From NCBI GenBank assembly GCA_052279835.1, contig CP181291.1, forward strand, positions 1,216,001 to 1,280,000: a stretch of DNA of 64,000 bases. Reading direction: 5' to 3'. Shown one piece after another: positions 50,974 to 60,837 of the stretch. The notes below the pieces were generated by a model. The model was given only the letters and a program-made list of their open reading frames with translations. It did no database searches and was not told where the DNA came from. The DNA is from Microcoleus sp. Lineage in GTDB: Bacteria > Cyanobacteriota > Cyanobacteriia > Cyanobacteriales > Microcoleaceae. Position 1 is the first letter of the stretch. Every line of letters starts with the position of its first letter. A program made the translations under genes and the position numbers.

Positions 50974-53900
50974 TCAGGAACCAATCGCTTCAATCCAATC
51001 GTGCACCGCATCCAACAAATCATCTGCATCCGCCGGAAAACCTGTTAACGGCAATTCCAGGGGTGTATCGGTAATCCAGGCGATGTGAATTCCCATGTGA
51101 GTGTCGGCGAGTTTGCGGGTGAAAGATGAAAGCGCATCTTCGCAGGGACAGGAGTGCAAAATTAAGGCGATGTGCTGTTTTTGGAGGCGGTTTTTGAGTT
51201 GGGGAATTAATCGCTTGAATTCGGGGGCGTTGCGAATGGCGGGGATGTCTGTATCTGCGGGGAAGATTGTTTGATATAGTTGGGTACAGAGCTCTTGGGC
51301 GATCGCACTTGCATCTGTTTCGCCTTCTAAGGCGCGTATGTTGAGGGGAACGGGGCAGGTTTTATCGGTGGGTTGGAGTTGTTTGAGGATTGTGGGGATA
51401 TCTAGATTTTGTGGGTGGTTGTCAGGTATTGGGGAATTGGTGGGTTGAGTGTGCCATGCTTGATGAAATTCTGGGTAAGTTATATTTTGGGCGCATTCCC
51501 AGATGATTTGGAAGCATCTTTCATTACGACCAAAAGAGTCTTCGTGGATTTCGGAAGTTAGGCAATCTTTCAATCTTGAGACTACGGTGGCGAAGTGTTT
51601 ACCTTTCATAACTTCCTCTAAGCTATCTACCGCTTGCTCCCGCACAATAATATCATCATCACTTAAATTACGGATTAACTCGACTAAAGCTTCGATCGTC
51701 ACTGGGTTATCTTTACCTATTTTACTTAAGCTATATACCGCTATACTCCGGGTATATTCATTACCTGCATTGCGGATTAACTCGATTAAAGTGGAGATAG
51801 CTTCTGGGTTATCTTTGTCTATTTTTCCTAAGCTATATGCCGCTATACTCCGGGTATTTTCATCACCACAATTACGGATTAACTCGACTAAAGCGGCGAT
51901 AGCTTCTGGATTATCTTTGTCTATTTTCCCTAAGCTACCTGCCGCTATCCTCCGGGTATTTTTATCAATTGAATTGCGGATCAACTCGATCAAAGTGGAG
52001 ATCGCAACTGGGTTAGATTTGTCTATTTTCCCTAAAGAATATGCTGCTATTGTCCGGGTCTCTTCATCCTGAGAAGTACCGATCAACTCGATCAAAGTGG
52101 AGATCGCAACTGGGTTAGATTTGTCTATTTTCCCTAAAGAATATGCTGCTATTGTCCGGGTCTCTTCATCCTGAGAAGTACCGATCAACTCGATCAAAGT
52201 GGAGATCGCAACTGGGTTAGATTTGTCTATTTTCCCTAAAGAATATGCTGCTATTGTCCGGGTCTCTTCATCCTGAGAAGTACCGATCAACTCGACTAAA
52301 GTGGAGATTACAACTGGGTTATTATTGCCTATTTCTTTTAAGCTAAATGCCGCCCTCATCCGGGTCTCTTCATCCTGAGAAGTACGGATTAACTCGACTA
52401 AAGTGGAGATTACAACTGGGTTATTATTGCCTATTTTCTCTAAGCTAATTGCCGCGCGATTCCGGGTATCTTCATCACCTGAATTGCAGATGAACTCGAC
52501 TAAAGTGGCAATCGCCACTGGATTATTTTTGTCTATTGCCCCTAACCTATCTGCCGCTCGCCAGCGGGTATCTTCATCGCATGAATTGCGGATTAACTCG
52601 ACTAAAGCTTCGATCGCCACTGGATTATTTTTGTCTATTGCCCCTAACCTATATACCGCTCGCCAGCGGGTAAATTCATTCTGTGAAGTGTCGATCAACT
52701 CGACTAAAGCTTCGATCGCAACAGGATTATTTTTGTCTATTGTCCATAAGCTATCTACCGCTTCGCTACGGGTATCTTCATTGTGTGAAGTACCGCTCAA
52801 CTCAACTAAAGCGGAGATAGCCCTTTCCCTATCCGTCTCTTTAAGTATCTCCCTTGAACCCCCTCCAAGTGGATAGGCAAATGTTTGCCACTCCTGTTTT
52901 TCCTCATCAAAATAACCAAATCCCCACTTAATAACCTGCGACACAATCTCATCAGCAAGACTACAATCCTTAAACTCAGCAATCCCCGCAGCCGCTAGAA
53001 AATACGCACGATATCCATAAAAATCACCACACCCATCATCAAACTCAACCAACGCCTTAATAAACCCTTCCTTCTCCTCCTTCCCAACCTCCTCACGCCC
53101 CAACCACAGCAAAATAACCTCCTTCCACGGCTTCTCAAAAATCCGATAAGCCCCCCCTTGGTAAGGGGGGGTTGGGGGGGTATGATTCAAGAAAAAGTGC
53201 CAATCCTCAACCGCCAACGCCGCAAAATATTCCTGAAAAGTCGGATGGTAAAAAGCATAAATTCCTTCCAGCGTCTCCCCATCCCTCGCCACTAAATTCA
53301 GCCAACCCAAACGACAAGCTAACTCAAACAGCGATGCACCCATCACCCGATATCCCACACTTTCTCGCAACTGAAACCGCGCAGTTTCATTTAACATCCC
53401 AGAAAGTGCCAATTTTCCCAAAGCCGCATTCAATTCCTGCTGCTGACTCCAATTTAAGTGCGGTTTTTTCCACTGATACAAAGTAGTTACAAACCGCTGA
53501 TAAAGTTTAGCCTTAGTATCCGGTAAATCCCCATCTAAGGATTGCCAAGTGCCGCACAATAGCGAACATCTCAGGGGATTTTTTACTAAGTCTCGAATTC
53601 GCTCTTTTCCTGATGCTGCTAATGCTTCCCGTAGCTGTTGCGCGATGGGCGGGCACGGGGGCACCGCCCCTACATTGAGGGGATTCGTAGGGGCGGTGGA
53701 GGGCGGGCACGGGGGCACCGCCCCTACATTGAGGGGATTCGTAGGGGCGGTGCCCCCGTGCCCGCCCCTGGGGGATTGAAACCATTTATCAATAAACATT
53801 TCCACTTGTTCGGGATAGGAAAACTCCAGAGTGCGATAAGTATCAAAACTATCCAATCCAAAGCCGATCGCATCCCAGACATTCTGCCGACAACTTAGCA

Positions 53901-55209
53901 CAATCCGCGCCCTTTGAATGCAGCCGCCCGTCCTAATTTGCCGATCGATTTCCGCCAAAGGATTCCCATCTCCCACCGCCATCTCATCCGCCCCATCCAA
54001 CACCAACCAAACGCGCTCAGCATTAAATTGTGCTACAAAATCCTCCTTAATATCCGCCGTCGCCTCAGCCTTCCCAATTCTCTTAATTGCCGCCACCAAC
54101 CAACTATCAAATAAATAGGTTTCTAATTCCTTCCCCTGCAAATCCGCCAAGGATACCCAAATTACAATAGCCTCGGAAATGCCCGTCGCTACCCAATTCG
54201 CAATCTGCCGCAACAGCGTTGTTTTTCCCGCCCCCGGTTCCCCGATAATTCCTAATCGCTTCCCATTGCTTTTTGGACTACTTCCTTGCTGGATAACTTG
54301 TTCGAGAAACTCGCTGTGTTCAAAGGTTTGAGTAACTTCCTTTTCTCGATACAAATCCGAACCTTCCTCAGCCGCCAAATCCTGTCGATTGTCAGGTACT
54401 TTGTGCCTTTCCACCAAACCCAGCGGCACATAAACATCATCTATTTGATGGTTGCCAAAAGTTAGCCGATCGCTACTAAGTCGCTGCTGTTCTTTCTCGT
54501 CTAAAATCTGCTGGCAAATATCCCGCCAGTCAATCGGTTGATAAACAATACGGCTTTTTTCAACTATCTCCTCCAGCCAAGCATACATCTCTTGGGTTGT
54601 GCGATCGATCCGCGTTAAAGTTTGACCTGTGAAAATCTGAAAAACTTTGTCGTTTTCCTTGACTTCCTGAGCAAAGTATGCTGATAATAAAGTAAATAAT
54701 TCTTGTTTTAATTTCGTTTTGTAGGGTGCGACATCGCAATTTTCTAGGGCGACTGCCAGCAGTTTTTCCTGAAGTTTTTCAACTCGATTCTGCTTTAACT
54801 CATCTGGGGCAGTCAGCAGCAATTCTATCTCATCTAAACCTGTAATAGGAATTCCAGAGGGGATTGTTTCTTTGTTAACTTGTTCTAATTCTAATTTGAG
54901 CTTTTCTAGCTTTCGTTTCAACCAATCAAAGTCCCTGCGCCTGTCTTGCAGCGAATAGGCAAAACTCTCTCGGTTAGCCCTATTTTTGGGGTCGATTTCC
55001 TGTTTGCATTCTGAGGCGATTTGTTGTTGAGCTTTCAGGAAAGATGTTTTCAGTGCTTTTTCTAAATCGTGATTGACAATTTTTCCGTTTCGTGATATCT
55101 TTTTTATCCCGGTCAAACAGAGATGCTTTGCTGCATCATTGACTTGAGTGCCGAGAATGCCTTGCCAAGCGACTGTGAAAAGTAAGCCCAAGGTAATCGG
55201 ATCTGACAT
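50974..55209 (-). CDS. NACHT NTPase with HEAT repeats (NLR-like STAND protein)
   Basis: VYVPLGL, GEPGAGKTT, LVLDGADE, SCR, NPL, FYHPTFQEYFAA; 12 HEAT-like 34-aa repeats; start placed at ATG 55209. Confidence 0.9.
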   Translation of the reverse strand: MSDPITLGLLFTVAWQGILGTQVNDAAKHLCLTGIKKISRNGKIVNHDLEKALKTSFLKAQQQIASECKQEIDPKNRANRESFAYSLQDRRRDFDWLKRKLEKLKLELEQVNKETIPSGIPITGLDEIELLLTAPDELKQNRVEKLQEKLLAVALENCDVAPYKTKLKQELFTLLSAYFAQEVKENDKVFQIFTGQTLTRIDRTTQEMYAWLEEIVEKSRIVYQPIDWRDICQQILDEKEQQRLSSDRLTFGNHQIDDVYVPLGLVERHKVPDNRQDLAAEEGSDLYREKEVTQTFEHSEFLEQVIQQGSSPKSNGKRLGIIGEPGAGKTTLLRQIANWVATGISEAIVIWVSLADLQGKELETYLFDSWLVAAIKRIGKAEATADIKEDFVAQFNAERVWLVLDGADEMAVGDGNPLAEIDRQIRTGGCIQRARIVLSCRQNVWDAIGFGLDSFDTYRTLEFSYPEQVEMFIDKWFQSPRGGHGGTAPTNPLNVGAVPPCPPSTAPTNPLNVGAVPPCPPIAQQLREALAASGKERIRDLVKNPLRCSLLCGTWQSLDGDLPDTKAKLYQRFVTTLYQWKKPHLNWSQQQELNAALGKLALSGMLNETARFQLRESVGYRVMGASLFELACRLGWLNLVARDGETLEGIYAFYHPTFQEYFAALAVEDWHFFLNHTPPTPPYQGGAYRIFEKPWKEVILLWLGREEVGKEEKEGFIKALVEFDDGCGDFYGYRAYFLAAAGIAEFKDCSLADEIVSQVIKWGFGYFDEEKQEWQTFAYPLGGGSREILKETDRERAISALVELSGTSHNEDTRSEAVDSLWTIDKNNPVAIEALVELIDTSQNEFTRWRAVYRLGAIDKNNPVAIEALVELIRNSCDEDTRWRAADRLGAIDKNNPVAIATLVEFICNSGDEDTRNRAAISLEKIGNNNPVVISTLVELIRTSQDEETRMRAAFSLKEIGNNNPVVISTLVELIGTSQDEETRTIAAYSLGKIDKSNPVAISTLIELIGTSQDEETRTIAAYSLGKIDKSNPVAISTLIELIGTSQDEETRTIAAYSLGKIDKSNPVAISTLIELIRNSIDKNTRRIAAGSLGKIDKDNPEAIAALVELIRNCGDENTRSIAAYSLGKIDKDNPEAISTLIELIRNAGNEYTRSIAVYSLSKIGKDNPVTIEALVELIRNLSDDDIIVREQAVDSLEEVMKGKHFATVVSRLKDCLTSEIHEDSFGRNERCFQIIWECAQNITYPEFHQAWHTQPTNSPIPDNHPQNLDIPTILKQLQPTDKTCPVPLNIRALEGETDASAIAQELCTQLYQTIFPADTDIPAIRNAPEFKRLIPQLKNRLQKQHIALILHSCPCEDALSSFTRKLADTHMGIHIAWITDTPLELPLTGFPADADDLLDAVHDWIEAIGS
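51620..52825 (-). repeat. Intragenic 102-bp tandem repeats encoding HEAT units
   Basis: Period 102 bp (e.g. 52081 and 52183); three central copies near-identical; bounds approximate. Confidence 0.9.
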
Positions 55210-55279
55210 TTGAGGGTGCTCCTGATGCGTTGCTGCAAGGGGGTTATTTTTATGATAGCCGATCGCATTTGGTGGCGCT

Positions 55280-55510
55280 CTACTTAACTCCTTCTTCAAT
55301 AATCTCTACTACATCTTCTATCATCACGCCAAAAGCCCGCGCTAATTTGTCGATCGCCCTAAAGTCAACCATTGATATGGACGATCGCCTAGCATAGGTA
55401 GTAATTGTGCTGTATACTACACCAGAACGCTCAGCAACTTCTTTGAATGTCCAGCCTCTTTCGGCTGCTAGTTCTCGAACTCTGATTCTGACTAAACCCA
55501 TACTTGACAA
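55280..55510 (-). CDS. XRE-family HTH regulator
   Basis: RVRELAAERGWTFKEVAERSGVVYSTI...KLARAFGV. Confidence 0.85.
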   Translation of the reverse strand: MSSMGLVRIRVRELAAERGWTFKEVAERSGVVYSTITTYARRSSISMVDFRAIDKLARAFGVMIEDVVEIIEEGVK

Positions 55511-55577
55511 TAAGGCAATTGCGTTCGATTATTGCTGCATCTAAAAAATTGACGTACCACCAGGATATGCAACTACC

Positions 55578-56048
55578 ATGATATATGAAAATCAGTCAAG
55601 ATCTTCAACGATCGCCGCATCTAAAATTATTCATAAGTCTTTAGTTGTCAATCCGCGATCGAGATTTGTGACTGAAGAAACTGTAGCGCTATTGTTCAAC
55701 ATCTCACCAGAGCAGATTTATCGCATCGAATGTTGTCACAATATTGTATATGTTCACGCAAAAGGCTTGAGTCGTTTTGTCAGTTACGCCGATTTCCCCC
55801 CTATTGTGGGAGTAAATCCCCCCGTACCTCGCGATTATCTCGCCTGGTACAAACGCTGGAAATGCACGAAAGCACCTGTATTTTGGACTAAATTTTACAC
55901 GTACAATTTTAAAGGGGCGGTTTCAGTTGACAGCTTGCGGGAGTGGGGCTTGGTGGTGGGTAGTGTTAAATCCGTAATTGCTGCTACAGTGCTTCAACAG
56001 TTGCGAGATGTTTATGCTGAGGAAAAATACTTGATGGAGAAATTTTAA
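55578..56048 (+). CDS. Hypothetical protein, divergent from the XRE gene
   Basis: 156-aa ATG ORF; VALLFNISPEQIYRIEC...VYVHAKGLSRFVSYADF. Confidence 0.6.
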   Translation: MIYENQSRSSTIAASKIIHKSLVVNPRSRFVTEETVALLFNISPEQIYRIECCHNIVYVHAKGLSRFVSYADFPPIVGVNPPVPRDYLAWYKRWKCTKAPVFWTKFYTYNFKGAVSVDSLREWGLVVGSVKSVIAATVLQQLRDVYAEEKYLMEKF

Positions 56049-56152
56049 AGTGCGATCGCCTCAAGGGAGTAAAAAAATAACTTAACTTTACGGAATTGCT
56101 CTCGTACCATCAGGAAGACAATAGCAACGGCGTTATCCAACCAAGAATCAAT

Positions 56153-56791
56153 ATGCTGCGTCTATTAATTTCCGGTGGTATTGTCATGGTACCGCTGCTA
56201 GGATTTTCTATCCTCGCAGCCACTCTCATATTAGAAAGACTATTCTTTTGGTGGCAAATACTCCGCCGTCAAGATGCAATTATCCGGCAATTTCTTAACT
56301 CCTATTCCCGTTTTCCTAAGTCGGAAGTAGTGAAAAAAAAGCTGATTCCTTGTCTTGAGAAAAATGCCGACCTTCCGGTGTCCCGCATTTTTTTAGCTGC
56401 GCTACAATTGCACCAGCCAAGTGTTGAAGATTTTCGTTTGGCTTTGGAAACTACTGCTCATGCAGAATTAGCTTCATTAAAACGCTTCCATACCGTTTTT
56501 GAAACAATTATTAGTCTGGCACCTTTATTGGGTTTATTAGGGACTGTTCTGGGACTAATTAACTCTTTTGCGGCGCTGAAAATAGGTGAGATTGGTGGTG
56601 GTACTACGGCTGGTGTTACTGGGGGTATTAGTGAAGCTTTGGTTTCTACAGCCACGGGGTTAATTGTTGCTATTTTTACTTTGTTTTTTGCCAATTTGTT
56701 TCGAGGTTTTTATCAGCAGCAACGAGCTTTGTTTCTGGAGTATGGGGGTCAATTAGAATTACTTTATCGTCAGCGGTTTCTATCGGAATAA
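56153..56791 (+). CDS. exbB: MotA/TolQ/ExbB proton channel
   Basis: GGIVMVPL, APLLGLLGTVLG, GISEALVSTATGL. Confidence 0.9.
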   Translation: MLRLLISGGIVMVPLLGFSILAATLILERLFFWWQILRRQDAIIRQFLNSYSRFPKSEVVKKKLIPCLEKNADLPVSRIFLAALQLHQPSVEDFRLALETTAHAELASLKRFHTVFETIISLAPLLGLLGTVLGLINSFAALKIGEIGGGTTAGVTGGISEALVSTATGLIVAIFTLFFANLFRGFYQQQRALFLEYGGQLELLYRQRFLSE

Positions 56792-57347
56792 TTTTACCAC
56801 AGAGTACGCAGAGAAAGGGGAGAGATATGAATGATTCTGATTTTTACTGATTTGATTTTAGCTACAACTATGGAGATGTCTCATGGGCTTACTATCGGAT
56901 TTTTTTTACCGCAGAGTACGCAGAGAAAGGGGAGAGATTTTAATGATTCTGATTTTTACTGATTTGATTTTAGCTACAACTATGGAGATGTCTCATGGGC
57001 TTACTATCGGATTTTTTTTACCGCAGAGTACGCAGAGAAAGGGGAGAGATTTTAATGATTCTGATTTTTACTGATTTGATTTTAGCTACAACTATGGAGA
57101 TGTCTTATGCGCTTACTATCGGATTTTTTTTACCGCAGAGTACGCAGAGAAAGGGGAGAGATTTTAATGATTCTGATTTTTACTGATTTGATTTTAGCTA
57201 CAAGTATGGAGATGTCTCATGGGCTTACTATCGGATTTTTTTTACCGCAGAGTACGCAGAGAAAGGGGAGAGAGGGGAGAGATGAAGGATTCTGATTTTA
57301 ACTGATTTGATTTTAGCTACAAGTATGGAGATGTCTTATGCGCTTAC
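56781..57347 (+). repeat. Five tandem ~112-bp copies of the exbB-exbD junction
   Basis: Units start at 56781, 56893, 57005, 57117, 57229. Confidence 0.95.
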
Positions 57348-57745
57348 CAGAAGAAATTGATGATGTTCCTCTGCAAATCAATATCGTGCCGATGATTGAT
57401 GTCATCTTTGCGATTTTAACGTTTTTTATCATGTCTAGTTTGTTTTTGAGTCGCTCGGAAGGGTTGCCGGTTATTTTACCTAAAACTATAATGGGTAATG
57501 TTCAGCAGCAATCAATTCCTATCGTAGTTACTGTTGATAAATATGGCAATTTGGCGGTGAATCGTCAACCTGTTAAGTTAAATGAGGTTTCGACTAGAGT
57601 TCGTGCTTTGATTCCGTTGCAGCAACGGGAGGTTGTAGTGTTGATTAATGCTGATAAGTTGGTTAGTCACGGGGTGGTAACTGGGGTAATGGATGAATTG
57701 CGATCGGTGTCTGGGGTCAAAATTGCGATCGGTACTGTCAGATAA
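57338..57745 (+). CDS. exbD: ExbD/TolR biopolymer transport protein
   Basis: INIVPMIDVIFAILTFF, INADKLVSHG. Confidence 0.9.
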   Translation: MRLPEEIDDVPLQINIVPMIDVIFAILTFFIMSSLFLSRSEGLPVILPKTIMGNVQQQSIPIVVTVDKYGNLAVNRQPVKLNEVSTRVRALIPLQQREVVVLINADKLVSHGVVTGVMDELRSVSGVKIAIGTVR

Positions 57746-57826
57746 TTAAGCTGTTTCCAGTGTGTTTTTGGGCAGGCAGGATGCCCACCCCACAAGCTTT
57801 TTAGTTCTGTTCTTGGATGGGAAAAT

Positions 57827-59215
57827 TTACCTTCCAATTCCTACATATTGGAAACCAGCGGCTTCTAAAACTTTCTTGTCTAAGAAATTACGGCCGTCAA
57901 TCATCACTGGATGATTCATCAATTTCGCCATTTTTAGATAGTCTAAATTGCGAAACTGTTCCCAGTCTGTCACCAATACTAAAGCATCGCAACTATCAGC
58001 TAGTCTTTCGGGGTCAGTTTCTACCAATACTCCTGACAAACCGTGACGCATTCCAGTTTGAGAAACAATCGGATCGTAAGCTTTAACTTTCGCTCCTAAT
58101 CGGTTCAAATTCTCGATTAAATTCAGGGAAGGAGCATCGCGTAAATCATCAGTATCTGGCTTGAAAGTTAAACCCAAAAGTCCGACTGTTTTGCCTTTGA
58201 GAATCTTTAAAACTTGCTGCAATTTTTCAATAGCAATCAATCGTTGACGTTCGTTAACTTCTACTGCTGCTTTTAGCAAATGTGCTTCGTAGCCGTAATC
58301 GTTAGCAGTGTGAACTAAGGCTGAAACATCTTTGGGGAAACAAGAACCGCCCCAACCAATTCCTGCTTGCAGAAATTTGCCACCAATTCGTGAATCTAGT
58401 CCGATTCCTTTGGCGACTTGGGTAACATCTGCACCGACGCGATCGCAAATATTAGCCACTTCATTAATAAAGCTGATTTTTGTTGCTAAAAAAGCATTGG
58501 CTGCGTACTTAATCATCTCGGCTGAACTGATATCAGTCTGGACTACGGGCACTGGTGGTAATGAGGTATTGTCAGCAAATTTGCGATCGACAATCGGGTT
58601 GTATAGCTCTACCATCATATCTAACGCCCGCTGAGAATTGCTGCCGAGAACAATGCGATCGGGATTAAATGTATCATGAACTGCACAACCTTCTCGCAAA
58701 AACTCCGGGTTACTGACTACATCAAATTGAACACCTGTTTTTGCTGCTACTTCCTCCCCCGTAGCCCCTTCGCTACTTTGAGGTTTTTGACGTTCTGCCA
58801 AACCATCTAATACAATTCTTCGTACCCAATCCCCGGAACCTATGGGGACTGTTGATTTGTTTACTAATACTTTGTATTCACCGTCTAGGTGAGCACCAAT
58901 GCCGCGTGCAACTGCCTCCACGTAACGAGTATCGCTTTCTCCTGTAGGTAAAGGAGGGGTGCCGACTGCAATAAACAAAATATCTCCGTGGGCAACTCCG
59001 GCGGCTAAATCTGAGGTGAATTCTAGATTGCCAGATGCAGATGCAGAAGACATTAAATCCGAAAGTCCGGGTTCAAAAATTGGCGATTGTCCAGACTTCA
59101 TTAACTTGACTTTTTCTTCGTTGTTGTCTACACAAATCACATGATGTCCGATGTGGGCTAAACAAGTGCCGGTGACTAAGCCAACATATCCCGTACCAAT
59201 GACACATACACGCAT
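57827..59215 (-). CDS. ugd: UDP-glucose 6-dehydrogenase
   Basis: GTGYVG, NKSTVP, NPEFLREG, GGSCFPKD, FKPDTDD. Confidence 0.95.
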   Translation of the reverse strand: MRVCVIGTGYVGLVTGTCLAHIGHHVICVDNNEEKVKLMKSGQSPIFEPGLSDLMSSASASGNLEFTSDLAAGVAHGDILFIAVGTPPLPTGESDTRYVEAVARGIGAHLDGEYKVLVNKSTVPIGSGDWVRRIVLDGLAERQKPQSSEGATGEEVAAKTGVQFDVVSNPEFLREGCAVHDTFNPDRIVLGSNSQRALDMMVELYNPIVDRKFADNTSLPPVPVVQTDISSAEMIKYAANAFLATKISFINEVANICDRVGADVTQVAKGIGLDSRIGGKFLQAGIGWGGSCFPKDVSALVHTANDYGYEAHLLKAAVEVNERQRLIAIEKLQQVLKILKGKTVGLLGLTFKPDTDDLRDAPSLNLIENLNRLGAKVKAYDPIVSQTGMRHGLSGVLVETDPERLADSCDALVLVTDWEQFRNLDYLKMAKLMNHPVMIDGRNFLDKKVLEAAGFQYVGIGR

Positions 59216-59400
59216 AGAAATATCCTCAAAGTAAATGAATTCAGATGGGAATTGGGAATTGGGAATTGGGAATTGGGAATTGAGGAACCCCCCCCTGGCC
59301 CCCCCAAGGGGGGAATTGGGCAGGGAATTGGGAATTGAGAATTGGGGAACGCCCTTTTTCCTCTCACTCTCCGCTTCTCACTCTCCTCCTCTCCCCTTCT

Positions 59401-60339
59401 CTATTGTTTATTTCCCTCGATGCGATCGCGAAAATCCTTGATAGTTAACTCCAAACCTCGATCCAGCGGCACAGTGGGCTCCCATCCCAACCAAGTTTTA
59501 GCACGAGTAATATCCGGTTGCCGCTGTTTTGGGTCATCTTGGGGCAGGGGTTTAAAGATAATTTCTGCCCCTGGATTAATCATGTTTTGAATTTTTTGGG
59601 CTAATTCCAAGATGGTGTATTCGCCGGGATTTCCTAAATTCATCGGCCCGATTTCCTTGCTATTCATCAAGCGAATAAATCCTTCGACTAAATCTGAAAC
59701 ATAGCAAAAACTCCGGGTTTGGGAACCGTCCCCGTATATTGTTAGCGGTTCATTTCGTAAAGCTTGAACAATAAAATTGCTGACGACTCTGCCATCATTT
59801 TCTAACATTCGCGGGCCGTAGGTATTGAAGATTCGCACGACTCGAATGTCTACACCATTTTGCCTATGGTAGTCGAAAGATAGGGTTTCAGCTACTCGCT
59901 TCCCTTCGTCGTAACAACTGCGAATTCCGATACAATTAACGTTGCCACGATAATCTTCTGTTTGGGGATGAACATCTGGATCTCCATAGACTTCAGAAGT
60001 GGAAGCTAGAAAAAATCTGGCTTTTACTCGTTTGGCTAATCCCAACATATTCATCGTGCCGATGACGTTTGTTTTAAGTGTCTTGACAGGGTTGTACTGA
60101 TAGTGTACCGGGGAAGCGGGACAGGCTAGATGGTAAATCTGATCTACTTCTAACCGAATTGGTTCGGTGATGTCATGGCGGATTAGCTCAAAGTATGGGT
60201 TGTCTAGCCATTTGAGGATATTGCGTTTGGTGCCGGTGTAAAAGTTATCCAGGCAGACTACTTCGTGTCCTTGGGCCATTAGGCGATCGATTAGGTGGGA
60301 ACCGAGGAAGCCCGCACCGCCTGTGACTAAAATTCTCAT
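59401..60339 (-). CDS. UDP-glucuronate decarboxylase (UDP-xylose synthase) family SDR
   Basis: [34 protein letters not shown]; upstream of ugd. Confidence 0.9.
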   Translation of the reverse strand: MRILVTGGAGFLGSHLIDRLMAQGHEVVCLDNFYTGTKRNILKWLDNPYFELIRHDITEPIRLEVDQIYHLACPASPVHYQYNPVKTLKTNVIGTMNMLGLAKRVKARFFLASTSEVYGDPDVHPQTEDYRGNVNCIGIRSCYDEGKRVAETLSFDYHRQNGVDIRVVRIFNTYGPRMLENDGRVVSNFIVQALRNEPLTIYGDGSQTRSFCYVSDLVEGFIRLMNSKEIGPMNLGNPGEYTILELAQKIQNMINPGAEIIFKPLPQDDPKQRQPDITRAKTWLGWEPTVPLDRGLELTIKDFRDRIEGNKQ

Positions 60340-60837
60340 GGTGGAAACTGCCTTTCTGTTTAGGGGGTAGGACTGTGGTACAAAAATTCAGTCGATCGAG
60401 TGAAACTTGCTAATAGAATAACAAAATTGCGATCGACAATGTAAAGGCTTTTTGGTAACGTTTGATGAATTTTTTGAGGCGTTTGGCATTTTTAGATACA
60501 TTAAACTGATGGCTATCTATGGTAATTCTAAGCAGCAAAATTTTATTTAATATTTGATATTTTCGATAAATAAATCTTGACAGTAATTAAGAGCGATCGC
60601 CCTTCATTTCCCAAGTACGCTGTTGCAAAACTATCGGGTTTAGATGGAATTTTTACCATGTTGGACACCCAAATGTGGATGTCCTTGGTCTGAATTTTAG
60701 CTCAGTAGTATATATTGTACATCTCATATCATTTTCAATCAGCATTTTGGGGACGGGTTCTCCGTCCCATCCCACGAAGACTAACTGTTTGTGGAACAGG
60801 ATCTCTGGCCTGTTCCTCACAAAAAGCTACAGACAAA

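Noticed and set aside
56781..57347. CRISPR array
   Set aside because: Whole 112-bp units repeat with no unique spacers; no cas genes in the window.
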